64,000 bases of DNA from Chrysomallon squamiferum (taxonomy: Eukaryota > Animalia > Mollusca): assembly GCA_012295275.1 (NCBI GenBank), contig CM022668.1:4216001-4280000 (forward strand), read 5' to 3'. The notes under the pieces are model-generated. The model searched no databases. It had not been told where the DNA came from and saw nothing but the letters and a program-made list of their open reading frames with translations. Position numbers and translations under genes: made by a program. This document shows positions 13,101 through 26,436 of the stretch, one piece after another (positions within the stretch are counted from its first letter, which is position 1; each line of letters begins with the position of its first letter).

Positions 13101-16100
13101 TCGTTTAACAAATACTGGTCTGTTTGTTGTTATTGTTATTACCATAAATAATCAAGTTACTTCCTAATATAGTATTTGATTATACATAATTAGCCTGAGT
13201 AACAGCTGCTGTCATTATCCTTTTTATTTATTAGTAATGTTGAAATTGTTGAAGGCATAATAAATAATTGAAAAGTTGAAACAACTGATAGAAGTAAAAT
13301 GATAAGTTACAAAATGGAAATCCTTGAGAATAAATTACAGAAACATTGATGTTATCTGATCGTTTTTAGGAAAGTTTCTATATTAATTTATTTTCGAGAT
13401 AAAGTTACAATACAAATTAAGTTATCAGTTTTATGTTTCCTCCGTCATTTAAGAAGGTTTGGGGTTGTTTTTTTTGTTTACCTGGTTCTGAAGGAGGACT
13501 TTGTGTTGGTTGAAGATTCTGTGGTGCAACCCTTGCTGTTCTCCTACCAGGTTCTGTTGGCTGACTGGGATAGTCTACTTCCATCTTTTTTTTTGGCATG
13601 TTTACTTCTTGTTCACACTGATGAGCAGTTTCAATCAGAGTTGACGGATCCACATCTGTAAACAAACATCAGTGTTACCATTTAGTATATTTTTGTTTCC
13701 TAGTGAGTGACTGGAGAGAATATCTGACAATATCAGCATATGAAATAAATAGACAGCATTCACTAATTTTCATAATAATTCATATCCAACCATACACCAA
13801 ATATTGCCAGTTTACTGACTAAATTAATTTTGTTTATCAAATACTCTTCTGTTTGTTGTTATTGTTATTACCATAAATAATCAAGTTACTTCCTAATATA
13901 GAATTTGATTAAAAATAATTAGCCTGAGTAATAGCTGCTGTCATTTTCCTTTTTATTTATTAGTAATGTTGAAATTGCTGAAGGCATAATAAATAATGGA
14001 AAAGTTGAAATAATTGATAGAAGTAAAATGATAAGTTACAAAATGGAAATCCTTGAGAATAAATTACAGAAACATTGATGTTATCTGATCGTTTTTAGGA
14101 AAGTTTCTCCATTAATTTATTTTGAAGATAAAGTTACAATTCAAATTAAGTTGTTAGTTTTCTGATTCTTCAGTCATTTAAGAAGGTTTAGAGGTGTTTT
14201 TTTTTTTTTTTTTTTTTTTTTACCAGGTACTGAAGGAGGACTTTGTGTTGGTTGAGGATTCTCTGGTGCAACCCTTCCTGTTGTCCTACCAGGCTCTCTT
14301 GGCTGACTGGGATAGTTTACTTCCATATTTTGATTTGGCATGTGTACTATTTCTTCACATTGATGAGCAGTTTCAATCACAGTTGACAGATCCACATCTG
14401 TAAACAAACATCAGTGTTACCATTTAGTATATTTTTTGTTTCCTGGTGAGTGACTGGGCAATATATCTGACAATATCAGCATATGAACTAAATAGACAGC
14501 AATCACTAATTTTCATTATAATTTTTATCCAACCAAACACCAAATCTTGGTACTTTATTGACTAAATTAATTTCGTTTATCAAATACTGGTCTGTTTGTT
14601 GTTATTGTTATTACCATAAATAATCAAGTTACTTCCTAATATAGTATTTGATTATACATAATTAGCCTGAGTAACAGCTGCTGTCATTATCCTTTTTATT
14701 TATTAGTAATGTTGAAATTGTTGAAGGCATAATAAATAATAGAAGAGTTGAAACAATTGATAAAACTAATAAGATTAGTTAAAATATTGAAATCCTTCAG
14801 AATAACTTATAGAAACACTAATGTAATCTAATCATTTACAGGAATATTATTACACGGCTTTTTTTAATTTTTTTTAATTTTTATTTTTGAAAAATAAACT
14901 TATAGTACACATTAAGTTATTAGTTTTATGATTGTTGGGTCATTTAAGAAGGTTTTAGGGGTTTTGGTTTTTTATTTACCTGGTTCTGAAGGAAGACTTT
15001 GTGTTGGTTGAGGATTCTGTGGTACAACCCTTGCTGTTGTCTTACCAGGCTCTGTTGGCTGACTGGGATTTTCTACTTCAGTATTTTGATTTGGCATGTG
15101 TACTTGTTGTTCAGACTGATGAGCAGTTTCAATCAGAGTTGACAGATCCACATCTGTAAACAACCATCATGTTACCATTCAGTATATTTTTCTTTCCTAG
15201 TGAGTGACTGGGGAAAATATCTGACAGTATCATCATATGAACTAAATAGTCAGCAATCACTAATTTTTATTATAATTTATATCCATCCATACCCCAAATC
15301 TGCGTAGTTTATTGGCTAAATTAATTTTCTTTATCAAATACAGATCTGTTTGTTGCTTTTCTTATTACGATAAATAATCAAGTTACTTCCTAATATAGTA
15401 TTTGATTACACATAATTAGCCTGAGTAATAGCTGCTGCCATTTCCCTTTTTATTTATTAGTAATGTTGAAATTGTTGAAGGCATAATAAATAACAGAAAA
15501 GTTGAAACAATTGATAGAACTAATAAGATAGATTAAAAGAAGAAAATCCTTGAGAATAAATTGTAGAAACGCTAATGTAATCTGCTCATTTACAGGAATA
15601 TTATTACATTGCTTTTCGTTTCTTTCTTTTTTTTTTTTTTTTCTTTTTCCAAAATAAAAATTTACAATACAAATTAAGGTATCAGTTCTCTGACATTTAA
15701 GAAGGTTTTGGGGGTTTGGGTTTTTTATTTACCTGGTTCTGAAGGAAGACTTTGTGTTGGTTGAGAATTCTGTGGTGCAACCCTTGCTGTTGTCCTACCA
15801 GGCTCTGTTGGCTGACTGGGATAGTCTACTTCCATATTTTGATTTGGCATGTGTACTTGTTGTTCACACTGATGAGCAGTTTCAATCACAGTTGACAGAT
15901 CCACATCTGTAAACAAACATCAGTGTTACCATTTAGTATATTTTTTGTTTCCTGGTGAGTGACTGGGCAATATATCTGACAATATCAGCATATGAACTAA
16001 ATAGACAGCAATCACTAAATTTCATAATAATTTATATCCAACCATACAGCAAATATTGCCAGTTTACTGACTAAATTAATTTTGTTTATCAAATGCTCTT

Positions 16101-17830
16101 CTGTTTGTTGTTATTCTTATTACCATAAATAATCAAGTTACTTCCTAATATAGTATTTGATTAAAAATAATTAGCCTGAGTAATAGCTGCTGTCATTTTC
16201 CTTTTTATTTATTAGTAATGTTGAAATTGTTGAAGGCATAATAAATAATAGAAAAGTTGAAACAATTGATAAAACGAATAAGATTAGTTAAAATATGGAA
16301 ATCCTTGAGAATAAATTATAGAAACACTAATATAATCTAATCATTTAGAGGAATATTATTTTACTGCTTTTTTCTTTTTTGTTTCTCTTTTTTGTGAAAA
16401 TAAATATTTACAATACAAATTAAGTTATTAGATTTATGATACTTGGGTCATTTAAGAAGGTTTTAGGGGTTTCGGATTTTTATTTACCTGGATCGGTTAA
16501 AAGATGGAACTCCTTGAGAATAAATTATAGAAACACTAATGTAATGTGATCATTTACAGGAATATTATAACATTACTTTTTTTTTTTTTTTTTTCTTTGT
16601 CCAAAATAAAAATTCAGAATACAAATTAAGGTATCAGTTCTCTGATTATTGCGTCATTTAAAAAGGTTTTGGGGATTTGGGTTTTTTGTTTACCTGGTTC
16701 TGAAGGAGGACTTTGTGTTGGTTGAAGATTCTGTGGTGCAACCTTTGCTGTTGTCCTACCAGGCTCTGTTGGCTGACTGGGATAGTCTACTTTCATCTTT
16801 TTTTTTGGCATGTGTACTTGTTGTTCACACTGATGAGCAGTTTCAATCACAGTTGACAGATCCACATCTGTAAACAAACATCAGTGTTACCATTTAGTAT
16901 ATTTTTGTTTCCTAGTGAGTGACTGGAGAGAATATCTGACAATATCAGCATATGAAATAAATAGACAGCATTCACTAATTTTCATAATAATTTATATCCA
17001 ACCATACACCAAATATTGCCAGTTTACTGACTAAATTAATTTTGTTTATCAAATACTCTTCTGTTTGTTGTTATTGTTATTACCATAAATAATCAAGTTA
17101 CTTCCTAATATAGAATTTGATTAAAAATAATTAGTCTGAGTAATAGCTGCTGTCATTTCCCTTTTTATTTATTAGTAATGTTGAAATTGTTGAAGGCATA
17201 ATAAATAATAGAAAAGTTGAAATAATTGATAGAAGTAAAATGATAAGTTACAAAATGGAAATCCTTGAGAATAAATTACAGAAACATTGATGTTATCTGA
17301 TCGTTTTCAGGAAAGTTTCTACATTAATTTATTTTCAAGATAAAGTTAGAATACAAATTAAGTTATCAGTTCTCTGATTGTCGGGTCATTTAAGAAGGTT
17401 TTGGGTATTTTGGTTTTTTATTTACCTGGTTCTGAAGGAAGACTTTGTGTTGGTTGAGGATTCTGTGGTGCAACCCTTGCTGTTGTCCTACCAGGCTCTG
17501 TTGGCTGACTGGGATTCTCTACTTCCATATTTTGATTTGGCATGTGTATTTGTTGTTCACATTGATGAGCAGTTTCCATCACAGTTGACAGATCCACATC
17601 TGTAAACAAACATCAGTGTACCATTTAGTATATTTTTCCTTCCTAGTGAGTGACTGGAGGAAATATTTGACAATATCAGCATATGAACTAAACAGACAGC
17701 AGTCATTAATTTTCATTACAATTTGTATCCAACCATATACCAAACCTTGGTAATTTACGGACTAAATGTTGTTTATCGAGTACTGGACTATTTTTTGTTG
17801 TTGTTGTTCTTGTTATTACCATCAATAATC
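7130..17830. repeat. Tandem array of 14 exon-containing units (~720-765 bp), with a partial ~1.49-kb higher-order dimer
   Basis: Exon-to-exon spacings are 765, 737, 755, 734, 756, 723, 763, 730, 742, 756, 753, 961 and 732 bp. The 961-bp spacing contains an extra partial unit with a stranded donor at ~16487. Confidence 0.97.
7519..17599 (-). CDS. Putative repeat protein: 14 x 174-nt phase-1 exons (58 aa, Pro/Thr/Gln/Glu-rich) derived from the caspase-8-like prodomain linker
   Basis: Exons 17426-17599, 16694-16867, 15733-15906, 14980-15153, 14224-14397, 13482-13655, 12752-12925, 11989-12162, 11266-11439, 10510-10683, 9776-9949, 9021-9194, 8284-8457 and 7519-7692. All are open, with TTTACAG|AT acceptors and G|GTAAA donors. 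Homologous to 55704-55850. Expression is unproven. Confidence 0.7.
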
Positions 17831-18204
17831 AAATATTCCTTACAGATATGGGAAGGTACTTGTTAAAACCGACCAATAAAAAGCAACTAATGAATAATTA
17901 ATTATATTTAAAAATATGTTTTGGGAAAAGTAACTATTAATGAAGTACGTATGTTATTTATGAATAATCAAAAGAGAAAACTTAAGTTCAAACTCATTGA
18001 CTGCTGAGATAGTTTAACGTTTAAGTTAAAGTTTTAAAAACGTCGGAAATAACAATTTCATTTCGTTTCGTATTTGTTCCATGACCGACTCATTAAAATC
18101 AAAACAACCTAACACTGTCACAATGTTAATAACATTAACACGTTGTTTTAAGACAATAACTGATTGTTTTTAGACAATAATTGATTCTTTTAAACTACGT
18201 TACG

Positions 18205-18325
18205 CGTTTACCTACCAGTCCACAGCCAGTACAAGCTTAAATATTCTATCCTTCAGTGGAATTATATTTATAATTTGATCAGCACAGTCCCTTCCACGAC
18301 TTTCCAAAAAGGGATTTTCCCTTGC
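18205..18325 (-). promoter_or_regulatory. Putative promoter and non-coding exon 1 of derivative 1
   Basis: kappaB-consensus GGGATTTTCC at 18311-18320, minus-strand TATAAA at 18267-18272, and donor GTAGGTAAAC at ~18206-18215. Same layout as 57295-57485. Confidence 0.55.
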
Positions 18326-18989
18326 TTAAATCCGTGTTCGTTTGTAATGTCAAGATACCTGGCAGCCAAAACCGGTTGCTGATGATTGTGTGGGCTAAAA
18401 CCAGAAAACATACAGAATGACGCTGTCACTTGAAAATGTACGTTTCAGACTGTGAGAAATAAAAACCGGTTTGCAACAATCGAACAGCACCGTAGCTTAG
18501 CGAAAGCATGCGCAGTTCGTGGCGAGTAACTGGTGATGGTACTGTTAGCTAACGGGTTTATTTGTACTGAATACGGATCATTAACGAAAATAAAAATAAA
18601 AATGTATGGGTTTTTTTTTGTTTTTGTTTTTTGTGTGGGTATGATGGTTGTCTGTTCTATTAGCGACTCATATCAGTTGTAGGTTACTGATTAGACAAAC
18701 TAGTTAGGAAAAATTCTAAATAAAAGTAAAGGTTTTCCCCGAATTCCTTATAGAACAAATAAAACCACTGAAGAAAAAAAAAACCAGTTCAAATTTCAAT
18801 ATTTTCTTTAAAGAAGAAGAAGAAGAAGAAGCACAAAACATATAAAACCAAATCAACGTTTATCACCTCGTTTCACAGTTCAGGAAAATCGACCGCCAAA
18901 CATCGACCTCCGAGGAACAAGTTTAAATAAATTTTAATACCTCAGATATGTTTGTTTGCTTTTTCTTCTTTCCTTTGACAATAAAGATA

Positions 18990-19245
18990 ACATTTCACAG
19001 CGTGTTGTTCCGCCATTAATGTTGCTACGAAGATATTTACAAAACGATATATGCAGGTAAGAATTTTAATATTAATCGCTAATGATAACATAAATGTTAA
19101 TATTTTAGTTTATTTTTTTCTTAAAGAAAATACTGAAATGTAAACTGTTTTTTTTCTTTTCGTTTTTTCTCATTACTATATGTTCCACGAGGACTATTAA
19201 AAATTAGATGATGATGACCATGATGATGATGATGATGATCATGAT

Positions 19246-19287
<42 letters not shown>

Positions 19288-19453
19288 GATAACGGTAATG
19301 ATAATAATAATGATAATGATCATAATAGTAATAATAAAACACACTTTTCATTTTTTTCCCCTCCCCAGTATATGTTTTTATTGTTTTATTTTAGAAAAGT
19401 GATGGATGCCATATTTCTGCCTGTGTTTTTATTTCTTTTGTTGACCGAAGCTG
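18990..19453 (+). CDS. 5' exons of a divergent gene: non-coding exon (donor 19057) and signal-peptide exon MDAIFLPVFLFLLLTEA (19402-19453, phase 1)
   Basis: CAG|GTAAGA donor, TTTTATTTTAG acceptor at ~19394, ATG plus a 17-aa hydrophobic stretch ending T-E-A, then G|GTGAGT. No convincing downstream exons. Confidence 0.55.
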
Positions 19454-22400
19454 GTGAGTATTTTCTTTGTGTATATTTTATTAACATTATTTATGTTATT
19501 TATTTAATTTTTTCTTTGGTTAGTTGGATAGTTGGTTATTCCTTATATTATTTATTTATTTGTTTGCGTTCTTGTTTGTTTAATATTTATTATATTGTAT
19601 TTATTTGTATTGTTATTTATTTATTTTTTTATTTATTTTTATTTATATATATATATGTTTGTTTTCTGGGTTTTTTTTTCTTTTTTACTATTACAAACTT
19701 GGATCCGAAGTGGTAATTCTTTCTCTTCTTTTTGAACAATAAAAACTTTATGATTTATATTCTGTTTATAAATAAACAGCAGTACAGAAACATATGCTTA
19801 ACATTTTGTCATAATCACCGACATCACTATTTTCATCACTGAAGATGTTTTTTTTTACGTTCTGCATAATCATAAATTATATTTGTTGCATTTTTTCTTC
19901 TATTTTTAAATACTTATAGTGATTATTATCATTTATTGTTTACTTTCTTTTTTTATTATTTAATTTGTATTTTGTTCCGAGCAACTGCACGAACCAAAAA
20001 TAAAAATTTAGAACATTTTAAAGATGTAATAAATAATAAAATGTTGTGTTTACAAAATGCAAATGCTGAAATTTTCAAAATCATAATGATAAAATCTGAA
20101 TTCTAATCAAACTGACCTCTCAGCACAGCAAAGTTAACTCCGACACCAAAAGGGAGGTAACCCAACTGTGATAAACACAACACGCTTAAAATAAACGCGG
20201 CCGAATCATGTAGATAAAGGACTAAAATCTCCGATCTGTCGGTGAATTTGTCTGGATTTTTTAAAGAGATACCACAATATCTTCGACAAGCCGTCACCAG
20301 GGTTTCAGTTCTTCAGTGAAGGTTACATTCACGATGTTAACATGTTTTGGAATGATGGGGCACCATTTTTACCTAACCTAGTTGAACAAATAACAGAATT
20401 TTATTTCTTTTCTTTTCTTTTCTTGGGCTGCGACTCTATTTAAAACCAAAACCAAAAAAAAACACAGCAATGATAACAAAAATACTGAGTTAACAACAAT
20501 GTGGGTGATTTTTATATATTTCCATGAGAAAATACTTGTCACTAACTAAGAAAGGGAAAATGTTAATTCTGCTTCCTTGTACAAAAAGAATCTAAAATTA
20601 TACATTTTTTTTAATTCTTATAGTGAGTTTTTTTTTTACGAATTACAAAATTAGTCGAAAGAAAAATTACATTCTGATCAAATTTTATTATGAATTTATT
20701 AACTTAAGTAAATCATCACCAGTATATACGTTATTTTTATTACATTTATCTATTTGTTTATTTCTGTTTAACCTTGTTTTTTTTTTTTTGTTTTTTTTTT
20801 TATGTACTTAATAAACTGATTGTTTTGTTTTTTAGATACTGTGTACACGTTATCAAAGGAAACACTATTAAAGAAACACTTTAAGAGAGAAACAGTTGCT
20901 GTTTAAGTTGTGTGTTGTCAATGAGTTTTGTCATGTGAAATACATCAGAAGTAAAACAATTTCTGCTTATGCAAACTTATAGGGGGACATTACAGTCCAG
21001 ATTCTGCCTTTGTTACTTATCTCTGATTTTTTATTATTTTTATATAAGATGTTTTCTGTTACTCTTAGTCTTTATTCTTCTAATAATGTTTATCCATGAT
21101 GAAATAATTATATTAGGTCTTTGACAAACGTAGTTACTGTTTTCATTGTGACTGGGTTTTTTATTTTCTTTCTTTCTTTCTTTTTCTTTTTTCATATAAT
21201 TTGGTTATATTAATTTTTTAGATTTGTTTTGATTTCTTTAAAGGTAAGCCAACAGATAAAATAATAATGTGTGTTCATTTAATCTAGTTTTAATATTTTT
21301 TTAAACTGTGTTATTTATGGTGATCATATACAAAATAATAAATATAAAGTAACAATGTTACTTCCCTATACATTAATAATTTTCAACAAGTGTACTTTGC
21401 TTATTTTAATGAGATATTTATTGTATATATATACACAACGGATGTAATAACTAAGTGATATATTTTTCTCATTCAGTAATTGAATTAACACATCTCCAGC
21501 CTTATAGGTCACTGGAACAGTTTTAACTATTCTTTTAAATGGCAGAACATTTTAAAAGCTTAAAATTTCCATCCATGAAAACAATAACAGACATGTTAAT
21601 ACTGTATGAATTATTCAAAAGTTTTGATTTCTTATTTCTCTATTTCTTTTTGTTTTATTTCTTTTATCTTTTATCATTTTTACTTCTTACATTTTTATTC
21701 CAATAAACAATAACAGTTATTTAAATTAAATTTTAACAGTTGTTTTATTCATAAATTTATTTTACCAAAAAATAAAATTAAATATTTTATTAATTATGTT
21801 AAATTTCATTTATAATTTTAGTACTGTTTGTTGCATGAAATTAAATAATTCTAATTTTTCCTGTTTGTAGTCAGAAAAAAAAAAAATTTTATGTCAGAAA
21901 AAAAAATATACTTTATGTCAGAAAAGTATATATAAATTGTTTTTATTGTACAGTGAACTGTATGTAAAGTGACATCTCGTTATGCACTTGGAATCAGTTT
22001 AATATCAAAACATTTACTGTGTCTTCAAATATCAAAAGGGCAAATTTATATTACTAATAAAATGGATTCAGGTGTTCCTGTCGCCTTCCGTATAAAGTAA
22101 TAGATTTCAGGCTTTTTATAAATTTCATTCTGCCTTTCGAAAAGACACGAATTTTACACAACTACTCGTTCTGGATAGCGATCGCCGCTGTTACACATCT
22201 CTTTACTACGACTGTGGTTAGGCTTCCGCACGCATTCAATAACACAAACGATTCATTGTTGTCTACCTGTTTGTTTAATGGCAAACGATGATGCACGCAA
22301 TACTAGCTGTCAATCATGTATGGCAGAGGGGTCAGTTATGTTATCAGTTTGTATGAGTTAACTACAGTTACTAAACAATTCTCGTTAAGACCTATTTAAT

Positions 22401-23429
22401 TTATTTTATTGCATTATGTTAATTCAAATAAAAATATGTATTAATTTATATATGTATTGGTGAATGGTTTGGTTTCCTCGTTTTCCTGGGGTTTTGTGTG
22501 TGTGTGTGTGTTGTTGGATTGTTTTTTTCTTTTTTATTGTTTGTTTTGTTTTGTTGTTGTTTTGTTCTTTTTATAAATGCGCCTAAAGCATGTAATTCAA
22601 ATAACAATAAAATACATTTGTTGAACGAACACCAGAGAAGAGAAATAAATATTAATGATAAAGAAGAAGAAAAATTATGTAAATGAGCAATCTTGAAAAG
22701 CACTCCAGAAAAAATCTCAGACAAATGCTTTCATTTTAGCTTTGGATTTTATCTCTTCACACCTCAGAAATGTATTCATTTTCTTATTATAAAAAATCCA
22801 GAAAATAAACAAAAAACAACCTTAAACAAAGAATTAATAAAGCAATTTAAACAGTAAAAAATCCTTATGCACCGTTCGTTGTTAGAAAATGATTCACCGC
22901 CTTTTTATTATATTTTATTTATTTATTTTTAAATATAAAAAATATATTTATATTATTTTGTTGTAAATGAGTATTATCTATAAGTGTATATAGTTTGTAG
23001 TGATTAATTTCGCCAAAAATAACAATTCTTTTTGCTGTCCTTATGTTTATATCTTTTAAATCAAATCCAAAAACTTATTTCATTGTAAAAATATATATAT
23101 AATAAAAAGTATAAACCTACTTTTACTGCATGATATATTGTTAAAATTTCAATATTTGTTATTATTTAAATGAATGCTGCTGCATTTTGCAGGTGTTAAT
23201 ACAGAAGATATTATCTGCTGTAGGATCACAATGAACTGTCTTTAGTATGTTTTAAATGCTTAGAAAACAACAGATATATTCAGAATAACCAACTATAGAA
23301 AATAACAGATTTTAACTACATGTGATTCTAAAAACGACTGGCAAAGAATTTTCTGAAGAAAAAAAAATAATAAAAAATAAAATATAAACAAAATTTCTTA
23401 ACAACTATAGAAAATAACAGATTTTAAGA

Positions 23430-24340
23430 CAGTTTAAATTAAGGCACACCTGTGAACAACTGATTTTTTTTATTTCCATTCATTGTGGGTGTACAAGTGT
23501 TTCAGCAAAATTAAATAATTGGGTGATCAGAAAAATCTATATTATATGTTTTCACAGCTTTAGCATTTAGTATAGTTTTGTTTACCAGACAGTGACTGGG
23601 GAAAATATTTGACAATATCATCATAAGAAAGAATTAAATAGACAGCAGTCATTAATTTTCCTTATAATTTATGTCCAACTATACACCAAATATTGGTAGT
23701 TTTCTGACTAAATTAAATTTTGTTTATCAAATACTCGTCTATTTGTTGTTGTTGTTACAACAAAAAATCAAATATTGTTTCCTCATGTGGTAAGTTACTT
23801 GTTAAAACAGTATCGAGTTATAAATTTTATTTTAAAATATTTGTTTGAAAAGTATCTACTAGTATAAGTCAAGTATGTATGTTATTTATGAATAATCAAA
23901 AGTGAAAACTATTGTTGTATCTTACTGGCTTCTAAAACAATTAAACTTTTATGTTGAACTATTAAACGATTTCGTTTTGTCTGACGATACTTCTGTTGAG
24001 TGACTAACTCATTAAAATCAAAACCACCTAGAGCTGTTACAATAACTGATTGTATTGTCTATATCATGCGCTTACCTACCAGTCCACAGCCATAGCAAGC
24101 ATAAATATTCTGTCTTTGGATCAATTATATTTGTAATTTTCATCAGGACAGTCCATTGCATGACACTGGAAATCCCACAAGGGTATGCCCCTTTCTCAAG
24201 GCAGGAGTCAAACCGCACCGTAGCGTAACGAAAGTACGCGCAATTGATGACGTGTAACTCGTGATTGTACTGTTAGCTTGAATACAGATCATTAACAACA
24301 AAAAAAGTTCAACAAAGGTTACGAAAGCAACAACATTTTT
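23430..24340 (-). pseudogene. Orphan caspase promoter/exon 1/intron 1 copy with no DED exon
   Basis: Homologous to 56650-57640. Homology stops just before the exon-2 acceptor. Confidence 0.7.
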
Positions 24341-24394
24341 GTTGTACCTGATATACATACATTATTACTAATAATTATAGTTGGTAATTTATGT

Positions 24395-24397
<3 letters not shown>

Positions 24398-24489
<92 letters not shown>
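24398..24489. repeat. (GA)n microsatellite
   Basis: Perfect dinucleotide run. Confidence 0.98.
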
Positions 24490-24492
<3 letters not shown>

Positions 24493-24630
24493 ACTATAAT
24501 AAATAAATAATAAAATCAACAACTTACTTCAGAGCCACTGTTTCTTTTTCTTTACTTTTTTAAATTTAATTCTTTTATAGATTTTTTTTCTTGCTTGTTG
24601 TTGTTGTTGTTCTTGTTCTTGTTGTTATTA

Positions 24631-24669
<39 letters not shown>

Positions 24670-25023
24670 AACTTTTCCGATTCTTCAAACAAGAGGTACG
24701 AAAAAAATAGATCTTGCATAACACAAACTTCCTCCGAAGCCCTGTTATTTTATTTATATATTTTTTTTATTTTTATTATTTTTATATATATAATTCAGTA
24801 TTTCTTTATTTATTTGTTTGTTTGTTTGTTTGTTTGTTTGTTTATCTGTAAGAATCTAAAGCCAATCTTTTTAACTACTGAGAATTAAACGAACGGGAAA
24901 TAACTCCAATCTAAATGTCCTGAAATAACAATTAATCCGAAGTTTAAATGCAATTAATGATACGTGACTGGAATAGCTAAAATAAATAAATCAAATGAAA
25001 TCAAATGAAACAAAGATTTTAGC

Positions 25024-25071
<48 letters not shown>

Positions 25072-26250
25072 TAATGATACATATATATATAATCTATAAA
25101 TTAATCAATATCAACCGCTCATTAAATAATAATAATAATACAACACACGCAATACTTATACAGATGTTGGTACCACTACCCTACTAATATATATCAAAAC
25201 GACGATGACGACTAACACTACCACTGTTACTGCTATTGTTATTACCACTACAACTACATACTGTTACTACAGCCACTACCACTACTAATACTAATACTAC
25301 TATAATACTAATACTACTCCTGCTCTAGACTTTTAACATTTGATAATTAATTATATTGCTACTGTTTCTACTTCTATAATTACTTCTGCTACTCTAATTA
25401 CTATTACTGCTACTACTACCAATACTAGTACTACTACTACTACTACTATACTATATCTACTATTACTAATACTACTACTATACTATATCTACTACTACTA
25501 ACATACCTTTCTCTTCCTATCTGATTTTCTCGCTACTTATCTGTATGTCTGTCCGTGTGTATATGCATGACTTAGAGAAATAAAAAAAAGCGTGTATAAT
25601 CATCATCATTATCATCATATCATTATAGTTATAATTATCGTTATTATTAACATCATCATCATCATCATCGTCTAATGTTTAACCTCCTCGTAGAACAAAT
25701 AAATCTACTGAAGAAAAAAAACGCAGTTCAAATTTCAATATTTTCTTTAAAGAAGAAGAAGAAGAAGAAGAAGTAGCACAAAACATATAAAACCAAATCA
25801 GCGTTTAAACCTCGTTTGACAGTTCAGGAAAATCTTTCTAAAACTGTTTACGTGTTTTTATGAACATCTCTCTCCAGTTTCTTTAATAGTTTTCCGCATT
25901 TTGAAGCAAAACACATTTTTATCGAACAACGACCTCCGAGGAACAAGTTTAAATAAATTTTAATACCTCAGATATTTTTGTTTGCTTTTTCTTCTTTCCT
26001 TTGACAACAAAGAGAACATTTCGCAGCGTGTTGTTCCGCCATTACTGTTCCTACGAAGATATTTACAATACGATATATGCAGGTAAGAATTTTAATATTA
26101 ATCGCTAATGATAAAATAAATGTTAATATTTTATTTTATTTTTTTCTTAAAGAAAATATTGAAATGTAAACTGTTTTTTTTTTTTTTTTTTCTTTTTTTC
26201 TCTTTACTGTATGTTCCACGAGGACTATTAAACATTAGATGATGATGATG

Positions 26251-26282
<32 letters not shown>

Positions 26283-26386
26283 GATAACGATAATGATAAT
26301 AATGATAATAATAGTAATAATAAAACACACTTTACATTTTTCCCCCTCCCCAGAATATGTTTTTATTATTTTATTTTAAAAAAGTC

Positions 26387-26436
26387 ATGGATACTTTGTT
26401 TCTGCCTGTTTTTATTTCTTCTCATGACCGAAGCTG
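26387..26436 (+). pseudogene. Frameshifted copy of the signal-peptide exon
   Basis: 50 nt versus 52 nt at 19402-19453. The original acceptor AG is lost, the GTGAGT donor is retained, and the upstream donor copy is at 26083. Confidence 0.65.

Larger units (their letters stand above)
19900..26110. repeat. Segmental duplication of the upstream module (paralogous to ~59030-64000)
   Basis: 19900-22960 is colinear with 59030-62000, and 24140-26110 with 62020-64000. Confidence 0.9.

Noticed and set aside
10486-17605. Plus-strand ORFs (…EDFVLVEDS…)
   Set aside because: Antisense shadows of the array exons.
7130-17830. Array as a CRISPR-like locus or a set of 63-aa single-ORF genes (MFTDVD...)
   Set aside because: Units are ~750 bp with no unique spacers. 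The ORF-track starts lie in the intron acceptor region and the stops lie just past the GT donors, so these are exons.
20836-20906. Possible next exon of the signal-peptide gene (DTVYTLSKETLLKKHFKRETVAV*)
   Set aside because: It is in frame after a plausible acceptor, but it is short, has no recognisable motif, and is inverted with an indel in the 41.2-kb copy.
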